From Perkinsus olseni (taxonomy: Eukaryota): a DNA stretch of 64,000 nt. The notes below the pieces were generated by a model. The model saw only the letters and a list, made by a program, of their open reading frames with translations, was not told where the DNA came from and did no database searches. This document shows positions 1 through 13,694 of the stretch, in pieces (within the stretch, counting starts at the first letter, position 1; every line of letters begins with the position of its first letter). Location of the stretch: positions 1 through 64,000 of the forward strand of contig JABANN010000035.1 of NCBI GenBank assembly GCA_013115125.1, written 5' to 3'. Both the position numbers and the translations under genes were made by a program.

Positions 1-171
1 CCTCAAACACGTAGTATGTGCTGAATTAGACTGATTTTTGTGATTTGCATATCGAATTGGAACACCCTGTAGATCTAGAGAGCGCCCCCAAGATTGAATT
101 CAACGTGTGAAAACGAGTGGCGAGACTCCTGCCACCCGGGGGCGTTCTATTGCCAGCCGGCTTGTTTTCAG

Positions 172-381
172 GATGCATCCTCCTTCCAGTCTGATACATC
201 TCTGTCGCCGAGTGCGGCCCGGGAGATAGTCGACATGGCCGAGCACGAGATGGGCGTCAACGGTGTCTTGCGGATCCGCCAGGCAGCATCGGCATTTGAG
301 AAGAACTCCAATGCTGTCGTTAGAAAATTCGGGAAGTTCCTTCGAGCAGTCCACAACAACCTGCAGGGCGTTATGCGCTGA
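172..381 (+). CDS. 3' terminal exon of a hypothetical protein (gene starts before or at the window edge)
   Basis: ttttcAG acceptor at 170-171 followed by an open frame DASSFQSD...NNLQGVMR* ending TGA 379-381; no recognisable motif. Confidence 0.4.
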   Translation, partial: DASSFQSDTSLSPSAAREIVDMAEHEMGVNGVLRIRQAASAFEKNSNAVVRKFGKFLRAVHNNLQGVMR

Positions 382-553
382 TTTTCGTCCAGTATAGCCT
401 CCTCAGTGTGTTAGATGCCTAGCAGTCGGCAGCCCAATAGTAAGTTCCCCTTTTCGTAGTGCCACCGTACGTATCCCTGCTGTCTGCCTCAGGTTTATGT
501 ATATCTGGAATTCATTCATGCTCGTCTGTTGTCGAAGGTTAATGGATTCGACA

Positions 554-555
<2 letters not shown>

Positions 556-585
<30 letters not shown>
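556..585. repeat. (GAC)10 microsatellite
   Basis: Direct reading of the sequence. Confidence 0.95.
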
Positions 586-1125
586 CGGCGTGGTCGGGGT
601 GCTTTAATCACTAGTGTGCATTGTTATGTCCATTGTTGCTACATGTAAGGATTGACTACTACCAGCAACAGCAGTATCCTCGACTGTTGTGTTGCTAAAC
701 CGTATGGGGGTGCTGCCACGTGCGCATGGATGGCGAGAAACACCAACGGGGCCTGCTGGCGAGCTCTGATGAATGGCGCCTTGCCCGGACCCTCATGCTT
801 CACTGTGAGAGCCCAGCCTCAATACGCTGTACTGCGAGGGCGAGGAGTGCGTCTCGTGCCTAGGCAGAACAGGACGATTCACAGCGGTTCTGATGGCAGC
901 TTGCAAGAGACCTACAAGCTGGACTAGAAGTCCTAGCTCCCTCGCATCTTACCATCTTCAGCATTGGAAGATCAAAACTTGGCGGGGTCACGGGACTCGA
1001 CTACCGTCGCCCTTCATACGAGCATGCTCGTTTTTGTGTTGCTTGTTTTTATGCGCCCAGCCCCTTGCTTCGAGTGTCTCCTTGCAGCTGTGAGAAGTAT
1101 TGTGGAAGTTGTTTCCAGGCCCCTT

Positions 1126-2095
1126 ATGACTCACGGAACGCTGCTTACTCTCATGAGCGTCTGCTTACTGTCGTCTCATCTCCTCGTCGCTGCACAGGGC
1201 ACGAAGTCCGGCAAGCGAGGATGGTTGGAGGATCACAACTATTATCGCTGTCTGCATGGGGCTGCTCCTGTCAAGTGGAGCCGTGGCCTGGCTAGGAAGT
1301 AGGAACACCCCCAGCCAGACACGATCGTTCGTCATGACGATGATCCCCCTCAGAGCGCGGCGGCATGCGGGCAAGCTCAATGCTAAGTACAAAAAATCGC
1401 GGTCCCTTTCCGCAGTAGAGCACTCCAAAAGCTACTTGACGGTCCCCCCAAGTGGAGAGAACATCGCCTTCGGCAAAGGCAGGCCTCCCGAGGGCTGTAA
1501 GACGACCAGCCGGAAGTATGACCAGCACTGCGCTGTCTATGCTTAGTGGGATGAGTACAACGAGTACTTAGTCCATCTCGATGGTTGGATGGAGCATAGC
1601 GACTACCTCAAAGTTGGCCACTTCGCGGCCCTAGTGTGGAAGGGGGTTGACGAGATAGGCTGTGCTCAGTCTGGGTCCTTCTACGTTTGCGAGTACGGTA
1701 GCAGCCGATGCCGACGACGCGCTGGTGACTGCAGAGACCCTCCTCTGCCGGGCTACAACATCGCTGCTTGTGATGAGGAGCAGGGAATGTGCATAGAGGA
1801 TGCCGACTTCTCAAAGAGAGATACTTGCGCTGGCGGAGTAAATGCTACCAGCACGTTGTTAATCGATATCTGCGGCGTCCTTCAGGCGGCCGTGAAGGGA
1901 GCTCAGACCACAGCTCATGCGGTAGTCGGTGGAGAGGAAGTGAGGACTCACACCAATAGTCGATTACCTTCCCATTCCTCTTCTACAGATTCACAAGCGG
2001 GCTGCCAACGGACCTTCCACTGCAGTCCCACCACTCGAGGCCGTAGCGTCGGATGCTGTGGTGAGATTCAGGGTGGTGGCAGAGGCAGCACGTAG
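1126..2095 (+). CDS. CAP/SCP (PR-1/CRISP-like) secreted protein, multi-exon; 3' end approximate
   Basis: Hydrophobic signal-like N-terminus, LEDHNYYRCLHGAAPVKWS, GENIAFG, WDEYNEY, GHFAALVWKGVDEIGCAQSGSFYVCEYG (CAP signature motifs), Cys-rich tail. Confidence 0.9.
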
Positions 2096-2809
2096 ATATT
2101 CGCCAACGGTCCTCTGCGGCGCTAGGGGAGTGTCAGCCCGAACTGCCTTCGTGCCTCTTACGATACGCTCATTGAAAGTCAATATGCATTCCGGTTAGCA
2201 CACCCTAGTGTTTGAGGCTGCCATCGACCCAGCCATCCGAAGTGGTTCGGATGGGGCTGCTGACTTTCCCTCGTTTTCACTGCGCGTGGCTTCGGTCTAT
2301 CACAAGGTCAATCAGCGCTACACCTCACGATTTCACCTATGCTCCTCACCGGTTATCAAACTGTTCGTCAGGCTTGTTCGAGCTGCCAGCCGTTCCTCTT
2401 AGGTCCCCTACAGTGTCATTTTGCCCATCGTCGTTGCCGCTAATTCCATGGTTTGTGCTTACCTCCCTTGAATCGTGAGTCGAAGTCTGTCGTGCTACTT
2501 TGTGTGATGATTGTGCCTTTGCACCCCTGAGACGCGGTTTGCTGCGTTCTTGAGTGTCAGTTTGGACTAGAAGGTTGATGGCATCGTTGCTGGTGAACCA
2601 TCGTTGCGCGTCAAAGGTCGGTCACCAATGTTGTTCCCGCGTAGCACAGCGAGCCAACAATTAAAGGCCTGCTGTTGTAAACTTCGAAAGTGGCCTAGAC
2701 AAAATTCCCAGGTTCACCTGACCTCACTTTCGAGCAAAACATTGTCCAGTGTAAGAAGGCCAACGGGCCACATCACGGCGTGTAATGACAAAACAATGTA
2801 GCGGTGGAG

Positions 2810-3238
2810 CTACTTTGCACGGAGCTGTCTCTGAGCGTGACTTCGCCTCGGGGCTGGCCCGATCCCTTGTGGTACCCCGGGGAATGTCTGATGGATTTGG
2901 CACATTCCCATAACCAAAACGTTAATACTTCCTTTCGCCGGTTCTAAGTCGCTGCACTTTTGACCATAGTCAATTAAGGTAACGGTTGGGTGGGGCCTAC
3001 ACAAGAGGGGCGTCCTTCATACCACACCAATCGCAAATGCTCACTGATGCCATGCCTCGCCACTGCCGCAGCGATACTCAGCGAGCCTTAGGCCCCCGTT
3101 GCTGCGTCTGAACCGAGCCTCTCGACTGTCTGCGAGCCCAAGGTCGCAGGAATCGTCCTTGGACCCGCAGCCATGCAGAGTGAACGCCACCAGCAGGGAT
3201 AGCGTAACGATGATAGAGGTGATACGTTGGGGTATCAT
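2810..3238 (-). CDS. Small secreted/membrane hypothetical protein, two exons, signal peptide ending in LHGC
   Basis: MIPQRITSIIVTLSLLVAFTLHGCGSKDD...; a GT-AG intron at about 2998-3045 joins ...AWHQ to PHPTVTLIDYGQKC... in frame. Confidence 0.55.
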
Positions 3239-3467
3239 CAATAATGAGGGGCCTGTTTGATAAAACTGAGGAGCTTTGATGGCAACAAGCGGACTTCGAA
3301 GGAGGTTTTCCTTGGAGGTTTCCCTAAAGACTGATCGCCGACATTTTGGGCGAGCGAGATTCACCATGCGCTGCCGGGGACGGAGCGGAGTGACGAATTT
3401 CTTACACTTTTGTGATACTAATTTGCTGTGAGCACGTTGCAGGTCCTCCGTAGTTGTACTTTTCAAA

Positions 3468-4341
3468 ATGATTAAATTCATTTTGATGGTCAACAAGCAG
3501 GGGCAGACCCGCCTCGCCAAGTACGCGGATTTCCTGACCATACAGTAATAACGACTCGGCACGGATGATTATTTTTTCCCAGTTGAGTGTCGTTTTAGGG
3601 AACGACAGGCCATAGAGAATGAGCTCATTCGGAAGTGTCTGTCAAGGAGCGAAAGTCAGTGTAGTTTTTTGGAGTACCGCAATTACAAGGTAGCGACTGT
3701 GGCCGTTGGAATCTTGCAGCGGTCAACAGGTCATTTACCGTCGATACGCGTCCCTCTACTTCATCATGGGAGTTGATGGTTCCGATGAAGACAATGAACT
3801 TGCCTACTTGGAATTCATACACACGCTGGTGGAAACTCTCGATAAGTAGTAACGGGGCAAGGGCCGGCAGGGACCTGGCCGGGAGGATATCAGGATCATG
3901 GCTCCGCTTCGTGTCCTCGTTATGGCACCGCTTTGAACATCTGAAGGATTCAAGCAAACTCCGCCTAGCTTTCGGCTTGATTCAACGCTGGATAACGCTG
4001 GCCATGGCGTTCGGTCGTGACAAGCTGGCACGCGTACGGTGGCAGCGGTTCTAACATCAAAGTGTGTCGGGGTATTGCGCCCTCTGAGGAGGCGTTCGGC
4101 CGGTGGAGGATTTAAGGATTCACTGCTAGGTATTTCGAGAACGTATGCGAGCTTGATATTATGTTCAACCTGGAGAAGGCCCATTTCATCCTCGATGAGA
4201 TGCTGGCCAACGGCTGTATAGCGGAGACCAACAAGGCCAATGTAGTATCCTCATACCACTCCATGCGGAACTAATAAGCCACTACAGATACTGGCTCCCT
4301 TGTATCTACTCGATAAGCACGGTGATGGTGCCAACTCGTAA
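3468..4341 (+). CDS. AP4S1: Adaptor protein complex AP-4 sigma subunit (5 exons)
   Basis: Spliced: [19 protein letters not shown]...[38 protein letters not shown]...[69 protein letters not shown] and RKCLSR are typical of sigma-4. Confidence 0.93.
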
Positions 4342-4575
4342 TGTTAATGTATCTTTGCGTACTAGTTTCTTTCCTCACTTGCTTTACATGTCGCGTTGCA
4401 ATTCCGAGTAATAATGTTTTCAGTAATAGAATTATTCTTCCCTCGACTGTTTGCTCTGTCGAGCTTGGACCTTGGAACAACTCAAGGCCACATGTAAAGG
4501 GAAATATCATTGCTACTTGCACGTGGTGCGGGTGGTGATGGATGTATCGAAATATTATTTAATTCACAACAGTTG

Positions 4576-7500
4576 TCAACCAGCCACCGGCCTATCAGAG
4601 GCATTGGCGTCACCTGAATCGTACGTGACGGGAATACTCTCCTCCTCATCCTCGATGGTGACTACTGTTCCGTCGCCCCTGTTCCTCGGCATCCCGCATG
4701 AGGTTCTTCCACCCTTGCCGCTCATCCGAGTCGTTCACATACACTCCCATGTACTCGCCTACAGTGATTCTAACAGCCCGACGGCGTCGTTCCAGCCTAC
4801 CAACTTCGGCAAACCCCACTATTTGACACACAGTTTGCACGATCCGTTTGATGCTGTCGTCAGAGGTGATAGCAGCACTACTCGGGCCGACGGCACCGCC
4901 CGGAGAGATATCACCCATGGAGCCGCTCTCGCTGAGTTCTCCTAAAATATGTGAAATGAAAAGGCGGAGCGATGCAGGTGATTACGAGAAGTATGGCGGG
5001 ATTCTACAAAGAGCTTGTGGATGTGGTCCTGGACGACCTGCAGTAGTCGGAAAGTTCGAACTTCGCAGTCTGAAACGGCAGAGGGCGGGAAGACCTAGAA
5101 GGAGGTGGCCGCTACCTTTTCGATGTTGGGGGACCAAATAATTCCTCAAGTTACGATTGAGTTTGTCGATACATCTGGTGATGAGGACGCGTAGCTGCTC
5201 CTTACGCTCGTCCTCTCTTGACAATTCTAACAGTGCCTGAAGGAATGACCCAGGTTCGATACCCGGCAGAGGTACTATTATCAGACAAACCTTGTAGACT
5301 ATGGTCGTCTCAGCGTTGCTCATGGCTGTGACCACCGCCATGTTCGCCCGTTGCCAGTCTGCGTAGTGTTTATGACGGAACTCTCGATCCGACAAAGACT
5401 GAGGTACCGACGCCTTATGAAATTACACTGACGATCCTCGTACCACAAGGAGCGCTCGCAGGAAGGTCTTGATGCTGGTTGACCTGAGGGTAGACAGCCT
5501 CCGTCGCACCCCACTCGAGAAGGGTCGCCTTACGCGCACTCATCCAGGGCTGTGGCTGATGTCGCCAAGAAATTCGCAAGATCAAGCACGCGCTCTGACA
5601 AGGAGTGAATTGGAGGGATCGAGTTGAGGCTGCCTTGCCCGCCTACCTGAGTCCTCCACGTCAGCGCCATGCCTCGCTATGAGGGTGAGCTCAACGGCAC
5701 ACGCCGCAGCAGTGAGGAAGGCGTCGCAATGGCGAAGCATTTGCTAATATCAGTCTGAGCGGGCGTCTGTGGACGCTGAGCTCACTCTAGGGTCCGACTC
5801 CCCCTGCTCCTTGGTTTTCTTAGACAACTCGGCGATCGACCCGGTCCGCTCCGCGGCAGCAGCAGCGTCACCTGCGGTAAGGTATCGGAGCAGCTACCAA
5901 GGAGCAGCCCTGACCTCCTCTGAGGAGGGCCTCGCAGACCGAGGTCAACTCCTCCGCTGGAGTGGCGGAAGGGAGGGACCAATCACTACCTACAGAGATG
6001 GTCACGAGGGGACGGGGAGTGGGGGGTCTCACCACCAGATACTCGTCCCTGATGAGTCGGAGGATACTCCACCGAGACCCCCGGCACCCTCAGACTGGAG
6101 CTGTCCATCATCGAACAGGCCTCCATCGAGGACGATGCCACAGAGTACTGCTGAGGGCCACGACGACTACCCCAACATGTAGCCGGTAGGGGCCTACTTC
6201 GATAGGCAGCCCGGAGGTGCTCGACTCAGCAGAAAGGCAGGTTGACATCTTCACTGGTGAGCTCTCTCGTTGCTCTCCCTCAGTGGTTGCTGCCGGTACC
6301 GGTGCCTGAGCAACCACGATCTAGCCTAAGGCCTTGCAGCGGGGTTCACTGCCTCCCGCATAGAAGGCGGGGGCAGCCCTCTAGCCTTCATCGTCCCCTC
6401 CGGCTGCGGCTGCGGCTGCGGCTGCGGCTGCGGCTGCTTTGGTAGTCTCCCCTGAGTGGTGTTATGGGGAGGGGATACTACAGTAGAGGTAACCAGCCTG
6501 GCAGGAGCCTCCGAGGACGGCGGTGGGGCTGGCAGGGCCGCCGCTGACTGCATGGGGGCTGAGGAGGCGTCGAGCGTCTTCCTCTCCCTCGCGAGTACTG
6601 CTATTACCTCCAACCCGCGTGAGGGCCCTCCGGTGCCCAGCGACAACCCTCGCTATCCCAGTCGGGGCGGGCATCCGCCTCCCTCCGGTGGGCGCTTGGA
6701 TGCGTGAGAGGCTACTGCTGTTGGTGTCATCATTGATAGAGCCTGAGAATGGACGCCACACCGTGGTCAGACTGAATGCACCGCAAAATTGCTTGATCAT
6801 CGCCTATTAACTTATCATCTTCTATACTTCATGTTCATGCATCCCATTTCTTATAAAATAGTGAATACCACAAATCCCGGTATTCATAAGTCCCTTATTA
6901 CAGTCCCCTCCGCCACCCTTCTCGAGCAGCCACCGATCGAACTTGCTGTTGAGGGCATTCCTATGGTCCTGCTTCAAAGGGAAACCTGCCGAGCATCCCT
7001 GCAGCACCTCGATGAGGGCTCCGTTACCAACCGGGCTCCATCAAGATTTCCCGCAGCCTAGGTATCGTCTCCTCAGTCCCCGTACTCCTCACCTGAGGAA
7101 TGATCTACGCGTCATCTCACTAAGGGCGACCTCACGAAGTGGCCGATGGCGGTCTGCGCGAACTCCCGGACAGCGGCGTCCTTGTCGTTGTACAAAGACA
7201 TAAGCACTCGGCCGACGTCCTTCACAGCCCGGCCAGTGGTTACCGTACCTGCATGCCACCCAGGCCGATGACCCCAACGTCATAGAGGACTAACCTTGAT
7301 GCTGAGTGAGGACTCCGATGAGCAGCTCCAGACAGTCTGCCACCGACTTCTTGTTTTTGCTAGTTTGTATGCAATTGATGAGCATCGGGACCATCGCCTT
7401 GGCTGAGACCAGCGCCTCTGAGTTTACCAAGTGCGTGGTGACCAGATTCTTGATGTGACCGCGGAAGGCCGCCATCTTGTGGCCCATCCTTTCTAGCAAT

Positions 7501-10500
7501 GCTGGTATGAGGACGTGGCACTCCCGTTCCGTGAGGGGCCTGTGGTGGTGACACTGGGGTGACAGCTATCTGGACAAACTTGCCTGGCGACTGTGGGCAG
7601 CAGGGCATCCAATAGGTCGAGCATGGACTTCCAAACCTGCGGGTTGTCCTTGCAGGTCGACAGGAGCCAAGTGCACCACTTGGCGAGGAGATCCAAGATC
7701 TGCAGGGAGGGGTTGAGGCGGGGCACCTCCTTCGAGGACGCACCTCATCAAGCTGGGGCTTCTCGCTATCATCGACCGTGCGATAGTAGTCCGCCCAGAA
7801 GTCGATTGCCGTGACGAACTCCGCAAAGGCCCCTCGAGGGGCGAACATCTTCTCTGCGAGAAGAGGGGCTATGCTGAGGAGAGGAAGTGGCAGACTTACG
7901 AAGGAGGAGGGCGCTGCAGGCGTCCTGCGTATTCACGTTTTGATTCCACTGATGATGCAACGCCGACACCAGAGCCTCGGGGATGTCCTCGACTGGCCTA
8001 GAATGGAGATGGCAACCATGAGGATGGATGATACCCCGCCCCGCTCGCCTACCACATAGAGTGCTTCTCATTGTGCTGCCTCCTCAACCGAGATCCAGCC
8101 GCGGGGACGAGCTCAACGCCTGATAGTTGGGTTGGGGGGTGAGGGGCCTGTAGCCTGCGGCCCTACCTAGAGCTGCACCCGTCTCGAGAGTACTGCTAGA
8201 AGAGGTCAGTGTGGCCTGCCTCAGTAGAGATCCGGTAGGCCTGACCATCAATGATAGTAACCACTCATCCACAGAACACTGACCTCTGTACAGAGCCACC
8301 AGCAGTAGCAGGGCCAGCAGCGCCAGGCCTGCCGTAAGGACGCTGCATACACACTGGAGCAGCTGTGCTCACCTCCCGCGGGGCCGAGATGTCGCCCTAG
8401 GTATGGCCGGCCGTGGTGCCATCATCCCTCGGCCAGAACCCTTACCACTGGCAGCAGCAGCAGTCTGAGCTCACTGGCGGATGTCTGACTGTCGGTAGCA
8501 AAGCACTGGACCTACTGGGGTCACAGCAGCAGGGGTAGGACCGCATGGGAGGGCGGCCGCTGGCGACTCCAATGGTGTTCGCCTCGCCACCTATAAAGGA
8601 AGTCCTGGGAGGCGCCGTCCCACAGCCGCTTACACCCGGTTTGGCGTTGACCCGATTGGTACTGCCTGGTGCTCGACTGCCGGGCAGTCCCCTCACACGG
8701 CGACTGGCGGTGGAATCCACGGAGATCTCTCGTACTCTCGACCCCTGGCCACTGGCTGGGGTGGAACCCGTTCGTAGAGTCGGCACGCCTGACCACACCC
8801 TCACCACAGTGCGGCGGAGAGGCCCTTCCTGTACTTGGTTTGGCAGCAGTCGTGGCGGCAGAGGACATAGGAGTGCTGACGACCTTCAGGCACTTCATCT
8901 TCTCCTCTATCGCCTTACGTCGGGCTGCCGTCATCGTATGCAGCTTGGCCAGTATCACGCCTTGAAGGCTGTCATCTCTAGTGAGTATCTAAGGCGAGCT
9001 TGATACGGCCAGGGGGTCGGGTACCCTGTTACCAGGTCCCCTAGGCTGCAGGCCGCCTCCCTGACAACCTTATCGGACTCATCGAGGCACGGCAAGAGCA
9101 CAGTCTCCGCCATCGGAAGGAGGAGATCCGCCGAGACGAATGGTAGAGCTCGAGAACATATGCCGAGAACCTTAAAGATATTTTACTAGGGTCGACCTTG
9201 GATGCGTCACCTCCCGCCTCCCTATCGGATTCTTATCGTTGATAACCCCGGCCAGGTCCTCGACGAGGCGACTGTCGAGCGACAGGGACTGGTACTTCAG
9301 CAGGGCATCGATGCAGCCAGTAGCCTGAGGTCATTTCGTGGCGCGGTGAACAATCCCTCCATCAACCACCGACCTGCCTAAGCACTCCCGCGTTCTTCTC
9401 CTTAACCTTAGTCAGCATCGTCAACAGCAGCATCCGGCTGTGGGGCATCTCCCCTCGGAGACCGTTAGCCACCGCGCAGAGAGCACTGAGACACAGGCCC
9501 TCCTCAGACCCACTCCAGGGCAGGCCCTACCTGCAGGCCTCCGTCGCTACTGGTATGTTCTGGTCCAGCTTGACCACCTTCATCAGGCACTGCACCACGC
9601 TGGGAGCTGACTCTCCTAATACCTGCGATAGGGGAGTAATGACGGACCCGACCAGACCGCAGCAGGAGGAGGAGGCTGACCATCTTCTTATGCTTCTTGG
9701 CGAGGGCGGTAAGCTGAGCAATCGCGTTCCTCTTGTCAATCCACTTGGCCGCGGAGGTAACCTGAGATACCTGAGAAGGCGTGCGCACGGCAAAGGTCGG
9801 GCTGCGACTACAAAGTCCTTCGGGAGCATCTTGAAGATATCTTGAGGTTGAAGCATGTCATAAGCAGCGTCCTCTGTCGATTGGGCTGCGACTGCAGGGT
9901 TAGCACCGCCGGCCGCACCTACGCGATTGATGATCAGCAGCGGAGCGAAGCAGCAGTATGACCAAGCCCACCTCCCGTCACTGTTGTCGCGCCGTACGCG
10001 AATCTCGTTGCTGCTTCTGAGACGAACCATCGATAAGCGTCGAGGCCGGGACGCTCGGTAGCACACTACTCGGCTGGCACTCTCCTAGCCTCTCGCATCG
10101 AGTCTTGAACTCCTTCATTTGGTTGTCCGCCAGACCGTTGCCACAGGCCTCCACGTCCGGCAGCCATTGATACAGCTCAACCAAAAGAGCGTATCTTTAG
10201 GACGCGTGAGAAGGTCGAGTGACCTATTCCGAGTCCCTCCTTCACCCCGCCTCTCTGACGCCCCTGTCCGTGCTCCCGCAGGCTTCGACTGCCAAGCCGA
10301 GGAACTCCTTCGGGGGCACCACCGTCATCTACGATACACTCTTGCAGAGTGTATCGAGAACCCCAGAGAACTCACACCAAACGCCTCGAGGAGACTAGTG
10401 AGGGCGGCGAGACATCCTGAGATCTGCTTATTGATGATACCCTTCGACGGCATCTTCTTTCCCTTGGGAGGATTCAGCAGACCCTTAGTATGCTCACAGA

Positions 10501-13500
10501 CTGCAACCACTGCCTCCTGAACACGATAGCTCCCCACTCGACCACCCTATGCCCACTACTCCACAGAAGGCCCGGAGACTCGACGCTGCTCACTGTCCCC
10601 TACGGCCACTACTACTCCTACCGCCCTCACCTTGGCGAGGCCCTCCTGGCCTTCTATACCCTTAGCCAAGCACTCCACAGCACAGGAGTGGATCTTCTGA
10701 TTCCCTGCTAGGTATTTCTCGAGCAGACCAGGGAGGAAGGGCCCGAGGGAGAAGTTGGGACCATGGGTGCACGCCTGATGGGCACTTCAAGAATCACCTC
10801 ACCCGCCTACGACTCGTAGGCTACGAGTGGGCAGCCGAACAGAGAGATCATCTCTCAGAGATGCCCTCGCCTGAGGGTGCTTAAACGTCATCAGCGAATC
10901 TCTCATATAGTCGCTTACTAAATCAACTGCACAACAGAGGGGTATCTTTGCGCTATCCTTGACCTTCAGAAATGAACTTAGGCTGCGGTTAGCGGATATT
11001 TTCCGTACTGTACGTCATAAAATTTTCAGCCATTCAGATACTACCACTGAGGAATATGCTGCTGTCTCCTTACCGCGATGGCCTTGCAGGCTCCCTCCTG
11101 ACTGCGTGGGTTGGTCTCACTGGTCACAACGCTAGCTCGGTCCACCAACAGTTCCACCGCAGCGGCAGCCTTCTGCTTATCCTCTACCCCCTCATCAGTG
11201 AATAGTCGATCTATCTCGGTATAAGCACTGAGGAAAGGGAGGTGGTCCAGAGTACGGAGACCCCCTAGCGCAGCACCTCAGCCGAACCTGCCATCGCTTG
11301 TCCTTTAGACGCTCCTCCAAAGTCATGCGGCTGTAGTCGGGATCCGCCGGAGCTGCTGCCTCGGCCATCACGTCAGGTGGGATACCTCCCCCAGTGGAGA
11401 TCGGTGGAGGCATCGGAGGCGCCTGTGGACCTGCCGAGGCCCATCGCCCCAGCTCCCTCCACCCGGCCGGCCCTACCAGCGTCTGCCCCGGCCGTCGCCA
11501 CCCCGATTGGTACAGCAGCTTGCACCTCCTCCGAGGGTGACTTCACAGGAGAGTTCTGCTTCGATGGCGGAGGGGTTATAGCCGGGTCATCCCCCATGAC
11601 GGCCGAAGGCTACAGCAGATCCGCTGCTGACATTCGTCTTGCTACCGCCGCCGTCACCTTGGGTGTCGGGACTCTCACGCTCCGCGGGGTGCCTTCCTTT
11701 TGCGTCACCTCCTCAGCATCAGCTGGTGGAATCTGATGTAATTTTGCGAGTAGCTCAGCGTCAACTGACCTTGGGCAGAGCAACTTAGGAGCCTACAGGT
11801 GTCTGCGCGCAGCCGGCCTCTGCTGCCGCGTCCTGGCAGCATTCCGCCACAGGATGCGCTGGAGTTGGGGCGGCGGCAGGAGAATTGACTTCGCCAGGAG
11901 TCTTCGCGGCGGAGGCGACGGGCGTCGAGTTCCTCCTCGCCGATTTCTATTCGACAACTCCAATCCACCTCACGTGAATGCCGTTCCTACTTTCCCCGTG
12001 TACTGCCTCGGCACAGCTGCCCTAGTGCTGCCCGGAGTCCTCTCGACTGACCCTGTCTGCTTCCCCTCTCCCGGGGTACGAGAGATAGCCTCCTACAGAG
12101 GCCCTTCACACGGACAAGGCGAATACCCTTACCTCTTTCCTATCCTCCTCGGGCACTTCTGTTATGACCGGCTTCTCCTCCTCTTCCTCCGGCCCGGGTA
12201 CGACTGATCCCTCAGCATCTGCTACGCAACATATCCAAAGGAGAGGGGCGAAGGGCTCTGCCTTTATCGTTCTTCCCCTCTTCCATTCCCTCGTCAGCGC
12301 ACTCTGCAGGGTTCTGCTGTACCTCTGCCGCTGGGGACTCGGCCTATGAGACGCCCCTGTGGCCAGAAGGCAGCAACAGCAGCCGTACATACCTCCCCTT
12401 CCTGTTCCTGCTCTCCGCCCTCTGCGTCCTCGGGGCCACCAAAGGGCGTGGCCCACTCCTGGTTGTGGGAAGATGTACACGATACTTCAACATCCTGAAG
12501 ATATCTCCACTCAACGCCAGTTGAATCACTACCAGGACCCCCACCCTCTCAGGGGTCCTCTCTTCCCTCTCCGCAGCCCCACCACTGCCTCCCTGCTCGG
12601 TCGAGTCCTAAAACTATTACAGTCGAGCTGGTTGCATAAAAAGGACAGCCGCCCTACCACTTGTGCATCCACCTGCACGAGCTCTTCTGTAGCGGTAACG
12701 GCGACAGCTTCCTCCTCTCCCCCCTCAGGGATCTCCGCGCTGACGATCGCCTCCTACAGAGGGCATCTCATGACCTCACCCCTCCATTGGCCACACCTTC
12801 CAACTACGGACTCTGATACCAGAGCGACCCTCTGCAGCTGCCGACTTCACTTGTCTTAGGAAAGCGCCTACAGCAGGGCCGTATCCTCCAAGATCGGTTA
12901 ACACAGAAATCGAACGCCCCTTTGGAGACTAGGAGAGAAGGAGTTGTGGATGGATAATAATCCAATAGCATGGGCCCCCATGCGCTCCTATCATTGGCAG
13001 CCTCCCGTTGGACGTGCATACCCTGCTCGCCCCCCCCCCCTACTTGTATCGTCGCTGTCATCTCCCTTGGATATCGGTTTCGACCTCTCGCTCAGCATCG
13101 GCTGTAGTGGCGGCCTTCTAGCCTTCTTTTTGATAGTACTCTCGAAGTTGCGTACTAGATCCATGACCGAGCTACCCCGAACTCTCTCCTCCCTCTCCAC
13201 AGGGGTTCCACTGTGGCTGTGCCGTCGCTGAGAACTCCTTCTACCCCCGGGAGAGGGCCTCGAGGGCGTCCTCAGGATCTCCTTTAACGCCTCGCCTGAT
13301 CATCACCAGCCCACTTTGACACAGCCGTGACCACGAACGTCGAGAAAAACGCCCGCGGTTGGTGACCTAGTCTTGTATATATTACCAGCGGGAAGAGCGG
13401 TATCATTATTATTGTCTGTACTATTAGCAGCGCCCGACGCATTCTCATCCAGTCCGGCCACAGCACCCGCCACAGATGCATCGGGAAGGGCCGATGTTGA

Positions 13501-13521
13501 TGATGACGACGACGAGGCCAT
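4576..13521 (-). CDS. XMAP215/ch-TOG (Stu2/Msps family) microtubule polymerase, many exons; both ends approximate, and the low-complexity 5' 2 kb may be a separate gene
   Basis: TOG-type motifs: DYSRMTLEERLKDKRWQVRL (11300-11340), DIFKMLPKDF..AAKWIDKRNAIAQL, DKSDAVAL, DLLAKWCTW..KDNPQVWKSMLDLL; HEAT-repeat character with S/P/R-rich linkers. Confidence 0.8.
6401..6437. repeat. (CGGCTG)6 hexanucleotide repeat encoding a QP tract on the minus strand
   Basis: Direct reading; ORF 6326..6646 reads KQPQPQPQPQPQPEG. Confidence 0.9.
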
Positions 13522-13694
13522 CTATCGCAACTCAGCTCATCGGATGGCACACAACCCGCAACCCCAATTGACGAAATTGAACTCAACTGGTGGGAGTATG
13601 TAACATGAAACGTTCGCTGCGGAAGGTGGCAGACTCCCCCGGTTGGAGACCGTACGATTGGTATCGATCATCATGGCGTGCGCTAGAGAAACTG

